DNA of 40,945 bases, taken from positions 1-40,945 of IMG/VR virus record IMGVR_UViG_3300031939_000012, one strand, 5' to 3'. A program made the translations under genes and the position numbers. The notes under the pieces are model-generated. The model saw only the letters and a program-made list of their open reading frames with translations, was not told the DNA's origin and ran no database searches. Source of the stretch: a virus. Its lineage: Duplodnaviria; Caudoviricetes. Below are positions 1 to 7,861 of the stretch, one piece after another (the first letter of the stretch is position 1; each line of letters begins with the position of its first letter).

Positions 1-127
1 TCCCGCTGCAGGCCGGCGAAGAGGAAGAACGCGAGCGCGTCCATGTCCACCAGCTCGAAGACGTTCTTGTCCTTCACCCGGTAGAGCTTCGTGAGGAAGG
101 CCGGGCCGAACTTCTGGACGAGAAGCC
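1..127. repeat. Terminal 127-bp direct repeat, left copy (circular-assembly overlap)
   Basis: Identical to 40819-40945 and falls in the middle of a CDS; 127 is a common assembler k-mer size. Confidence 0.95.
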
Positions 128-209
128 AGGTAGCCGCGTGATCGAAGAAGAGGATGCGTGTGCGATCGAGCTCGACGGGAATGGCGCCGCGCTGCAGTGA
201 GAGTTCCAT
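1..209 (-). CDS. Tail assembly chaperone (gpG-like), 5' part; continues across the origin into 40527-40818
   Basis: ATG at 209 reads MELSLQRGAIPVELDRTRILFFD...RVKDKNVFELVDM, in frame with ORF 40527..40895; lies between tail tube and tape measure genes. Confidence 0.8.
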   Translation of the reverse strand, partial: MELSLQRGAIPVELDRTRILFFDHAATWLLVQKFGPAFLTKLYRVKDKNVFELVDMDALAFFLFAGLQR

Positions 210-243
210 GCGCAGCTTGTAGGCTGGCGGGTGCGATTGCGTC

Positions 244-275
244 AAAACAGAAGGGCCTCCGTTTCCGGAGGCCCC
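244..275 (-). terminator. Rho-independent terminator after the tail tube gene
   Basis: Minus strand reads GGGCCTCCG-GAAA-CGGAGGCCC followed by TTCTGTTTT. Confidence 0.75.
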
Positions 276-373
276 TTTGCTTGGGCGGCGGTGATTAAGG
301 ACGGGACCAGCGACCCTGTCCGCAGATTCCCTGCGACACTACAGCCGCCGCCCAGGCTTTCACGCGCCGGAGG

Positions 374-1177
374 TTAGATCTCGGCGGTCTCACCCGTGCC
401 CGTGTTCGGGTTGGCAACCGGCGCAATCTGCGTCAGGACGTTGAGCTTGCCGGTGCCCTTGAGCGAGATGTCGAGGCCGACAACCTTGCCCATACCGCTG
501 GCGATCGTGATCCCGTCGACGTAAGCGTTGCCGCTGAACGCAGCGCGTCCGGTGGCGATCGTCGGGAAGAAGTTCCACTGCTGCGGAGCCGTCGGCGTGG
601 TGATGGTCGCGAGGATGTTCGTCGACTGCGACGTGTCGCCGTCGATGAACATGTACTTCGCCTTCACCGTCCAGCTTGCCGTGGATCCGAGCGAGGACTC
701 GTAGGTGTCGTCATCCGTGGTGGTCGCGTCGGCCGTCTTGCGCTTCCAATCGATCGTCCATTCCGCGAGGCCGATGACCTGGACCTCGCTGCCGGTACCG
801 CCGACCGAGGTCTGCGCGAGATCGCCGAGCAGCTTTGACGGTGTGGGGCCCGTCGCCTGAATGGTTCGAACGACGCCGGTGCCATCTTCCGTCAGCAGGC
901 CGACCGAGGCGTGAATCGCATCGATCTCACCGGTCACCGGGTTGCGCGTTACCTCTACCTGCGCGTCGAAGTGCTGCAGCGCTTCGAGCAGCTCCTCGGG
1001 TGTCACCTCGCGCAATGCGAAGGCGTCCTCGTCGCCGCTGGCGTGCAGGTTCAGGACGTTGCTCGTTTGCGCGTCGGTTACGAGCTTGTCGAAGTCGATC
1101 CACTTGCTCTTGCGCACTCTGAGTCCGAGGAACGATACCTCGGTCTCACTGATTACCGTGACATTCTTCTGTTCCAT
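374..1177 (-). CDS. Major tail (tube) protein with an N-terminal extension
   Basis: Between tail terminator and chaperone; tube-like motifs (EWTIDWKRKTADATTTDD, SWTVKAKY, AFSGNAYVDGITI, ISLKGTGKL); CAGGAG RBS. Confidence 0.75.
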   Translation of the reverse strand: MEQKNVTVISETEVSFLGLRVRKSKWIDFDKLVTDAQTSNVLNLHASGDEDAFALREVTPEELLEALQHFDAQVEVTRNPVTGEIDAIHASVGLLTEDGTGVVRTIQATGPTPSKLLGDLAQTSVGGTGSEVQVIGLAEWTIDWKRKTADATTTDDDTYESSLGSTASWTVKAKYMFIDGDTSQSTNILATITTPTAPQQWNFFPTIATGRAAFSGNAYVDGITIASGMGKVVGLDISLKGTGKLNVLTQIAPVANPNTGTGETAEI

Positions 1178-1196
1178 GCTGTTCTCCTGTGCTGCG

Positions 1197-1649
1197 TTAG
1201 TAGCCCTGCACGCTCGGGTCGCGCAGGATGGTGCTGTACTCCACTTCGTAGGTCACAACGCGTGCGATGACGTCCAGCTCGCTTTGCTCCATCTCCCACT
1301 TGTGGCTGACTTCGCGGATGCGCCGCACCAGACTGCCGAGGGTGATGTCGGCGAGCAGCAGCTTCGCGCCGCGGACGTAGCGCGCATCAGCGACCTTGTC
1401 GGCGGGCGTCGCAGCGTTCTTGGTGACCGCGGCGAGATGCCGGACGTGAAACCGGAACTTCCGCTCCACGCCGTCTGTGTCCTGGTACTCGGGGTCTTCC
1501 TCTTGCGGGATGACGTTGTCGCCGGGAAGCTCTGAAGTCGCAAAGCTCGAGAAGCGGCAGCGGAATATGTTCGCCGCGTTGCCGCCGAGAGTGGCGACAA
1601 CCGCATCGAGGATGTCCGACTGGATGCTCTGCCCGTTCTCTGCGCTCAT
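1197..1649 (-). CDS. Tail terminator (gpU-like)
   Basis: 150 aa directly upstream of the tail tube; ADITLGSLV and VTYEVEY...DP pattern typical of terminators. Confidence 0.65.
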   Translation of the reverse strand: MSAENGQSIQSDILDAVVATLGGNAANIFRCRFSSFATSELPGDNVIPQEEDPEYQDTDGVERKFRFHVRHLAAVTKNAATPADKVADARYVRGAKLLLADITLGSLVRRIREVSHKWEMEQSELDVIARVVTYEVEYSTILRDPSVQGY

Positions 1650-1969
1650 TGCCTGTAGAGCTCGTAGACGAGGAAGGCGCCGTCGTCCTCGGCGGTCGGT
1701 GTGCTCACTGTGTACCCGGTGCCTTCAACGACGACTGTGTCGCCGTCCTCGGGCATGGGATTGAAGGTGTTGAACGGAAGCCGGAGTTCGGGCTTGGCGC
1801 TCTCAATGCCGCCGATGCCGGAGTCCATGAGCTTCATCTGAATCGGCCGATCGAACAGACCGTGGATGGGCATGCCATCGGGGTAGGTGGAGACGGCCCG
1901 GAAGCTGACGCGCGGACCCGTCGAGCAGAGAGCTCGGAGATCGCGCGCGCCAAAGACCAGGCCGTTCAT
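1646..1969 (-). CDS. Head-tail joining / head closure protein (gpFII-like)
   Basis: 107 aa, beta-rich, with GDTVVVEGTGYTV...EDDG motif; synteny; ATGA coupling to the next gene. Confidence 0.65.
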   Translation of the reverse strand: MNGLVFGARDLRALCSTGPRVSFRAVSTYPDGMPIHGLFDRPIQMKLMDSGIGGIESAKPELRLPFNTFNPMPEDGDTVVVEGTGYTVSTPTAEDDGAFLVYELYRQ

Positions 1970-1972
1970 GGC

Positions 1973-2326
1973 TTACTTCTTGCCCTTGGGCGCGGCGGCT
2001 TCCTGCTGTGCGTCAGCAACCTCGGCGTCGGTCGCAGGCTCGGCGCGGCCGGCGGCGATCAGCCGCTTGGCGTCGGGCTCCTGCACCTGGACGAAGTCGC
2101 CGGTGGAGACGTGCTCGCCGGCGGAGACGAAGAAGGGCTCGGTGACGCGCACGAAGACGAGCTTGGCGGTGGGTGCCGCAAACCCGCGCACAGCGGCGGC
2201 CTGGAGGCTGTCGGCGGTGCCCTGCGCTCCGCTCATCGAGCTGATGATGCCGGGCTCCGCGGCGCCGGCGTTGGGATAGCGGGTGCTGAAGGCCGCGGCG
2301 ATGGCGGCGAAGGTGAGAACTTTCAT
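1973..2326 (-). CDS. Small head-associated protein (FI-like / capsid accessory)
   Basis: Follows the capsid gene; GDFVQVQEPDAKRLIAAGRAEP motif typical of post-capsid small proteins; CAGGAG RBS. Confidence 0.5.
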   Translation of the reverse strand: MKVLTFAAIAAAFSTRYPNAGAAEPGIISSMSGAQGTADSLQAAAVRGFAAPTAKLVFVRVTEPFFVSAGEHVSTGDFVQVQEPDAKRLIAAGRAEPATDAEVADAQQEAAAPKGKK

Positions 2327-2437
2327 GGCTGGCTCCTGAAGGTTTGGGCTGGGGCTGGGAGGAGCATTTCGTCGGCGGTCAACGAAATGGTGAGGAGTTC
2401 AGGCCGGGGCCGCCGTGACTCAGCCCCGGCCATCCGG

Positions 2438-4666
2438 TTAGCTCGGCAGCGCCGAGGTGCAGGCCGCGAACGACTCGATGTGGCGCACGTTGGTGTCGTA
2501 GAACGCGTGCTCGGTGATGGTGTACAGCGCAGACGCCGCGTTGGTGTACGGGTCCGCGATGACCTCCGACAGACCCCAATCGCCGAACAGCATCTGGTCC
2601 CACACGCCGAGGATGAAGGCGTGCAGATTGTTCACCGAGTTCGCGCTGAAGCCGGTGAGCGCCGCGTTGGACGTCGCGATGCCGTCATAACCCAGCGGGC
2701 CTTCCTGCAGCCCGTTCGGGCCAACCTTGGAGTTGGGGAACAGGAAGCCGGAGACGGCCGAGCCGGGGATCTGCGGAGTGGAGCGGCCGGCGGCGCGCAC
2801 CTTGGGCGTGGAGGCCCAGCGCAGCGTGCCGATGTCGCCGTTGACCGTGGAGATCGCGGCCTCGAGGTTGTTCACGTCGACGAAGGTCAGAGGCACGCCG
2901 CCCAGGCCTGCGGTTACAGTGCCGTTGGAGGCGCGCGTGGTGCCCGCCAGCACGGCTGCGAGGCCGGTCTGGTTGAGCAGGCCCTTGGGCACCGGGGCGA
3001 CGCCCGAACCGGCCAGGCCGGCGGTGTCCAGCGAGCGCGTGAGCACCTGCAGGCGGTCATCGGCGAGGAACGAGTCCACGGCGAGGGCCGACTGCGCGAG
3101 AAAGTCCAGGTAGTACGCGTTCTGCATGCTGAGGCGCTTGGGCGTCATCAGGATGGAGTTGAGCGTCGGATCGCTCTCGGTGGCCGAGCCGCCTTCCGCC
3201 AGCCAGTTGCTGGAGGCCGCGCCGCTCTGCCGCGGCATCTGGATGGCGCCGTGCAGGCCGGTCATCATGCGCGCGCCCAGCGCGAGGCAGACCGTGCGGC
3301 TGCGCAGCAGCTCGATCGGGTCGGGCTCGACCTGGGTGATGTTGGTAGCCGTGCCGGCATTGCCGCCAGCGGCGATGGCGCGCTGCTGTGCAACCGAGCG
3401 CGTGGTCGAGCTGGGGATGGCGATACCCGAGCCCAGGCCGGTGATGCCGCGCTCCTCAGCCTTCTTGCGCAGAGTCTCGCCGACCTCACGCTCGAAGCCG
3501 CCGTCCTGGCCCTTGCCCTTGAAGGTTCCGGGCGTGCGGGCGTTCACCGCCGCGCGGTAGGCGCCGACGATCGAGTACTGGCTGCGCTCCTTGGCGGACA
3601 TCCCGTCGAACAGCTCGTCGGCGACGGTGGGAACTTCCGAACGCTGCGAGTTGGCGATGATGGCGTCCGCGATGCGCGCCTTCACGGACTCGACGGAGAC
3701 GCCGAGGTCCTCCGCGGCCTTCAGGCTGCGCTCGTTGAAGTCGTTGGGGTACTGGCTGTGCAGGGTGCGAAGACTCGAGAGGCGCTCCTGGTTCTGCGCA
3801 GCGAGGTCCGGTCCTGCAGTCGTCGTGGTCGGCTCTGCCATGGTGGCTCCTGTTCGTGTTGAGGTTGGGTTGGGGTTGCTGGTGGTTGGTGCAGAAACTT
3901 CGCGGGCCGCGGCCGGAACGCCGACGACGGTCTCATTGGTGGCCTGCCCGGCGTTGCCGGTGGAGGAGAGCGCGCGCTCGTCTTCGTCCTCGTCGTCTTC
4001 GTCCTCGTCGTCGGGATTGTCTGTATCGTCCGCGTCCTGGTCGTCGACCTTGCGGAAGGACCGGACCTTCACCGGCTGCGCGTCTTTCGCATCGCGGCCG
4101 ACGCCGACGGTGGGATCGGCGGGCACGGTGACGAGCGACACTTCGAGCAGCTCCCAGTCAACGGCCAGATAGGTGCGAACGCCGTTCTTGTCCTCGGTGA
4201 TCTCCCACTCGTGCACGATGTAGCCGATCGAGACATCGACCAGGATGTCGGCTTCGACGTCGGCTTCCTTTTCGGTTGCGAGCGCGCTGGTGCCAAAGCG
4301 GGAGGTGACGCGGATGGGATCGCCGAGCTCGAAGCTCTGCGATCGTCCGAGAAGTTGGTCGTAGTCGTGGTTGTAGAGCAGCGAGACGCCGCCCTTGAGC
4401 CGGTCGGTGCGGACCGCGCCCTTCTCGTGCGAGAGAATCTCCTGGCCAAACCAGCGCTCGACCGGAGTCGACGAGCTGACAGCCATGGTGACGGTGCGAG
4501 TCTCTTTGTCGTAGCCGGCGACGCTGGCTTTGCGCTGCAGCCTCCCGAGTTTCTTCGGGATGCCACGCTCGTCGACGTTCTGCGCCTCTGCAGCGGAGAG
4601 CTTGTGGATGACGCCGGAATAGCGTGTGGTTTCGGGCAGGCGAGGGTTCACGGGTCGGTTATCCAT
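2438..4666 (-). CDS. HK97-type prohead protease fused to major capsid protein
   Basis: N-terminal protease motifs (LLYNHD, DVSIGY, WELLEVSLVTVPADP), an acidic linker, then an HK97-fold capsid (IQMPRQSG, WLAEG, MTPKRLS, GVWDQMLFGDWG, DTNVRHIESFA). Start placed at MDNRP (4666); the ORF track extends to 4756. Confidence 0.9.
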   Translation of the reverse strand: MDNRPVNPRLPETTRYSGVIHKLSAAEAQNVDERGIPKKLGRLQRKASVAGYDKETRTVTMAVSSSTPVERWFGQEILSHEKGAVRTDRLKGGVSLLYNHDYDQLLGRSQSFELGDPIRVTSRFGTSALATEKEADVEADILVDVSIGYIVHEWEITEDKNGVRTYLAVDWELLEVSLVTVPADPTVGVGRDAKDAQPVKVRSFRKVDDQDADDTDNPDDEDEDDEDEDERALSSTGNAGQATNETVVGVPAAAREVSAPTTSNPNPTSTRTGATMAEPTTTTAGPDLAAQNQERLSSLRTLHSQYPNDFNERSLKAAEDLGVSVESVKARIADAIIANSQRSEVPTVADELFDGMSAKERSQYSIVGAYRAAVNARTPGTFKGKGQDGGFEREVGETLRKKAEERGITGLGSGIAIPSSTTRSVAQQRAIAAGGNAGTATNITQVEPDPIELLRSRTVCLALGARMMTGLHGAIQMPRQSGAASSNWLAEGGSATESDPTLNSILMTPKRLSMQNAYYLDFLAQSALAVDSFLADDRLQVLTRSLDTAGLAGSGVAPVPKGLLNQTGLAAVLAGTTRASNGTVTAGLGGVPLTFVDVNNLEAAISTVNGDIGTLRWASTPKVRAAGRSTPQIPGSAVSGFLFPNSKVGPNGLQEGPLGYDGIATSNAALTGFSANSVNNLHAFILGVWDQMLFGDWGLSEVIADPYTNAASALYTITEHAFYDTNVRHIESFAACTSALPS

Positions 4667-4709
4667 CGGCCCGGGGGTTATCGCATGCAATGACGCAAAC
4701 GTGTCAAAT

Positions 4710-4934
4710 CTAGGCGAACATCCCGCGGCGCAACTCTTCGGTGTGGTACATGGCAACGACGACGCCCGACATCATCCACGCGCGCTGCAGATCCGCGCCC
4801 AGCTCGTCGAACCGCGGCAGCGGCGCCCCGGTTGCGAGCGAGCGGCCGCTCGATGCCTGGCAATAGGCTGCGTACGCGATCGCTCCCAGCTTGCGTGCCT
4901 CCCTGGCCTGCTCGGGTGTGAGGGGCGCGGTCAT
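4710..4934 (-). CDS. Hypothetical protein, 74 aa (paralog of 25081-25398)
   Basis: MTAPLTPEQ...; ATGA overlap with the upstream ORF; LGAIAYAAY...PRFDEL...QRAW motif. Confidence 0.55.
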   Translation of the reverse strand: MTAPLTPEQAREARKLGAIAYAAYCQASSGRSLATGAPLPRFDELGADLQRAWMMSGVVVAMYHTEELRRGMFA

Positions 4935-5131
4935 TTGTGCGCATCCAGCGCGTCGCGCGCGTCGAAAGCTGCCTGCACCGCGGCGGCCACATCCTCTGGC
5001 TGCATCCCGGGTGCGAGATGAATGGCGATCGGCCGCTTTTTCGCGATCGCAGAAGTCATAGCCTCCCACGAAAACATAGCGAGGAGACAGCCTATGAACA
5101 TACTGGTCGCGTCGAGGATGAAGTTCTTCAT
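4931..5131 (-). CDS. Small putative membrane protein, 66 aa
   Basis: ATGA-coupled to the portal stop; hydrophobic N-terminal segment. Confidence 0.5.
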   Translation of the reverse strand: MKNFILDATSMFIGCLLAMFSWEAMTSAIAKKRPIAIHLAPGMQPEDVAAAVQAAFDARDALDAHK

Positions 5132-6759
5132 TTGCCCTTCGCTCCCTTTCCGGCGTTGCTGTCCTTGCCGCCACTGGCCTCAGCAGCTTCCGTTTCATCG
5201 CCGGCGGCGACGCCCTTGCCACCCTGGTCGCCGGTGATGTCGACGCCGTAGGTGACGCCGAGCTCCGCGAAGAAGTCCTGCTCGCGCTTGCGCTGCTGCG
5301 CGACCGTCTGCCAGTCGAGCCCGAGCTTGGCGCACTCGATCTCGTAGGTGGTGAGCCCTTCGCCCAGCTTGAGAACGATGGCGTTCGCGTCCTTCTGCGG
5401 ATCGACCCAATCCCAGCCGCGCCCGCGCAGCGAGTGCTGCTCCATCTGCTCGGGCGTGAGGGTGATGTCCTGCAGTACGGTGAGCAGCGACATCCTGAGC
5501 CAGTTGCGGCGAATCTCGCCGACGAAGCACTCGCCGAACCAGCGCTGGATGAGCCGCCACATGTCGCGCTCGTCGATGAGCCCGGCGCGGATGGAGGAGA
5601 AGTTCACGCCCTCGAGGTCGTTGGCGAGCGACGGATACATCACCAATAGGCCGCTGGCGATGTTGCGCAGCATGGTCTGGGTGAAGTCTTTGTGCGTGTT
5701 CGTCGGGAAGCGCGGATCCGTGAAGTTGAGGTGCTCGCCGATCTCCAGCTGCTCGATCTCGCCGGCGTTGCCGGACATCATCCGCGTGCCGTCGGTGGTT
5801 GTATCGTCGCCGGTGGCGTCTTCATCCTCGTAGCCGAGGCCGCCATCTGTCGGATAGTCCTTCTCAATGACGGCGAACTTCGCGGCTGAGGAGCGCGCCG
5901 CAACTACGACGGCCTCTTCGTAGCGGTTGTACTGATTCAGCGGCAGGATGGCGGCCGAGAACCATGTATAGCCGCGCGTCTGTCCGGGCCTCTCCCACAT
6001 CGCGGAGTGGATGATCTCCGTGGCCGGCACGCGAATGCGCTCGCGGGTGCCCGGCAGCATGTCGTTCGGATGACCGCTGAACAGGTGATAGGCGAGCGGG
6101 CGGCGGTACTTGTCGACCTCAACACCCATGCGGATCTGGCCGTCGTTAGTGGTGTAGGCCATCATCGAATCGTCGAGCTGGTCGTTGTCGAGCAGCTGCA
6201 CGGCATAGCCCGCATCGTTGAACTGGCGGCCATAGACGTTGCGCACCAGGTTCTCGCCCTCGCGCGCAATGTTGGCGATCGCGAGGAGCTGCAGGTCCGC
6301 GAAGGAGAAGCGTCCGCAGGCCGTGCACTTGCCGCGCCTGCACCAGCGGTTCCACTCCTCGTCGATGCGCGCGTTGATGTTGTCAGTCTGAGCGGTGTCC
6401 TTTCCGTTGACGCTCGTGACGGCGGATTTTACGAGAATGCCCGATGGGCCGACGACGTTCTGCTTCACCATCTGCAGAAACTTGCGGGCGAAAGGATTGT
6501 CCAGCGCGAGACTGCGGGCGCGGGCGCGGAGGCGCTTGTTGTCGCTGAAGAGGTCCTGGTCGGCCGACCGCGAGCTGCCGACGAAGTCCAGGGTGAGGCG
6601 GTTGATCTTGGCCGCGGCGAATCCGCCGGAGCTGAGGGCACCCGCAACGCCTGCAGAGGTGTTGCCCAGGCTGAGGGCACGGCGCCGTGGAGCGGCGAAG
6701 AGCCGCTTACCGTCGGCGTTGCTGGCGGGCTTGGCGCCGGCGAGATCGAGAATCGGCAT
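5128..6759 (-). CDS. Portal protein, lambda family
   Basis: LRARARSL, RMGVEVD...PLAYHL, RPGQTRG, VNFSSIRAG and WDWVDPQKD motifs. Confidence 0.93.
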   Translation of the reverse strand: MPILDLAGAKPASNADGKRLFAAPRRRALSLGNTSAGVAGALSSGGFAAAKINRLTLDFVGSSRSADQDLFSDNKRLRARARSLALDNPFARKFLQMVKQNVVGPSGILVKSAVTSVNGKDTAQTDNINARIDEEWNRWCRRGKCTACGRFSFADLQLLAIANIAREGENLVRNVYGRQFNDAGYAVQLLDNDQLDDSMMAYTTNDGQIRMGVEVDKYRRPLAYHLFSGHPNDMLPGTRERIRVPATEIIHSAMWERPGQTRGYTWFSAAILPLNQYNRYEEAVVVAARSSAAKFAVIEKDYPTDGGLGYEDEDATGDDTTTDGTRMMSGNAGEIEQLEIGEHLNFTDPRFPTNTHKDFTQTMLRNIASGLLVMYPSLANDLEGVNFSSIRAGLIDERDMWRLIQRWFGECFVGEIRRNWLRMSLLTVLQDITLTPEQMEQHSLRGRGWDWVDPQKDANAIVLKLGEGLTTYEIECAKLGLDWQTVAQQRKREQDFFAELGVTYGVDITGDQGGKGVAAGDETEAAEASGGKDSNAGKGAKGK

Positions 6760-6939
6760 CTAGCTCGCCTCCCCGGCGAGGATGGTGCGGGCGGCGCGCA
6801 GCGCAGCGAGGCGTGTGCGGGCTTCGGTGCCGTCGCGCTCGGCCTTGGCGATGAGCACGTCCAGCTCGGCTGTGTCGTGCGGGCATCCGTTGATCTCAAC
6901 GGCAGTGTGGCCTTGCTTGGTGCGGATGGAGACGGTCAC
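6760..6939 (-). CDS. Hypothetical protein, 59 aa
   Basis: GTG start behind GGAGG; its stop abuts the portal ATG. Confidence 0.5.
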   Translation of the reverse strand: MTVSIRTKQGHTAVEINGCPHDTAELDVLIAKAERDGTEARTRLAALRAARTILAGEAS

Positions 6940-7061
6940 TCGGAGACCTCCTCGCGCGAATCGCTCGCGCTGCAATGGGCTGCATAGCCGATTGCGAGGA
7001 AGAGCAGAACGAGGAAGATGGCAATGCAGACCGCCGCGGCTTCGGCTGCGAACTTGAGCAT
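6936..7061 (-). CDS. Small membrane protein, 41 aa (not in ORF track)
   Basis: MLKFAAEAAAVCIAIFLVLLFLAIGYAAHCSASDSREEVSE; TAATG and GTGA overlaps with both neighbours. Confidence 0.5.
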   Translation of the reverse strand: MLKFAAEAAAVCIAIFLVLLFLAIGYAAHCSASDSREEVSE

Positions 7062-7642
7062 TAGCGACCTCCGAACGTGATGCCGATGACCTTCGTCGGC
7101 AGCTTCTCGCCGCGCCGCATGCGCTCACGACGGACGCGGACTTCGATGATGCCCTCCCACTTGAGCAGGTCCATGGGAGCCAGGCGCGTGATCTCGCGAC
7201 CGCCGATCTTGTACATGGCGATGTCGTCCTGGGTGCGGCCCTCAATCAGGCAGCGAATGGCATCCAGGAGCCGCTGATTGTAGGTGCGCGGGTCTGCGGG
7301 GTTGGCGCCGGCCGGGTCCGGCGAGATGCGCGTCTGACCCTGCGCAAGCTGGATGCGGTTGCTGCTCGCATCGAGCGCAAAGCACACCCACTCGTACCGG
7401 CCGGGCGCCCAGGCTGCAGTTGTAGCGCTGGCAATGGTGAAGCTGGCGACACCGGCATCGTCGATCGCCACCGCAGCAATCTGGATACGCGTGGGCACGT
7501 TGCGCACGATGCCCGTGAGCACAAAGAAGAGCTGTGTGCCGGGGTCGAGTGCAACGGTCTGAACGGCGAAGCTGAGAGCGTCGCCGGCGCGGAGCTCGGC
7601 GGGCAGGCTCTGGTTCACCGCGACGGGGCTGGGAGTTTCCAC
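7061..7642 (-). CDS. Head completion / adaptor protein (gpW-like C-terminus, beta-rich N-terminal domain)
   Basis: Between terminase and portal, as for lambda W; LLDAIRCLIEGR...YKIGGREIT pattern. Confidence 0.65.
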   Translation of the reverse strand: METPSPVAVNQSLPAELRAGDALSFAVQTVALDPGTQLFFVLTGIVRNVPTRIQIAAVAIDDAGVASFTIASATTAAWAPGRYEWVCFALDASSNRIQLAQGQTRISPDPAGANPADPRTYNQRLLDAIRCLIEGRTQDDIAMYKIGGREITRLAPMDLLKWEGIIEVRVRRERMRRGEKLPTKVIGITFGGR

Positions 7643-7861
7643 CCGCTGTAGTTAGCGGCGCGGTGCGAAAGCGGTCAAATCAGGCGCGGGCGAAGGTCCA
7701 CTTGCAGCAGCACGTCGCCGCCGGCGTCGCGCGCGGTTTCGGCCGCGGCGCTCAGGGAGGGTTTGGGTGCAGGCGCGATGGCGCAGACCGGGCAGAACGG
7801 CGTGTCGGGCGTGGATGTGTCGCGCAGATGTTCGCAGAGCATCACGCGGAAGAATACAGCT

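Noticed and set aside
279-357. Hammerhead, twister or known riboswitch
   Set aside because: Conserved cores (for example CUGANGA/GAAA) are absent; kept only as an unassigned structure.
1649-3862. Long plus-strand ORFs (737 aa here; also 8171-9898 and 32504-34078)
   Set aside because: Antisense shadows of well-supported genes in GC-rich DNA, with no motifs.
7675-7842. 55-aa ORF (MLCEH...CPVC) between terminase and gpW-like gene
   Set aside because: No clear RBS or coupling; too weak to call.
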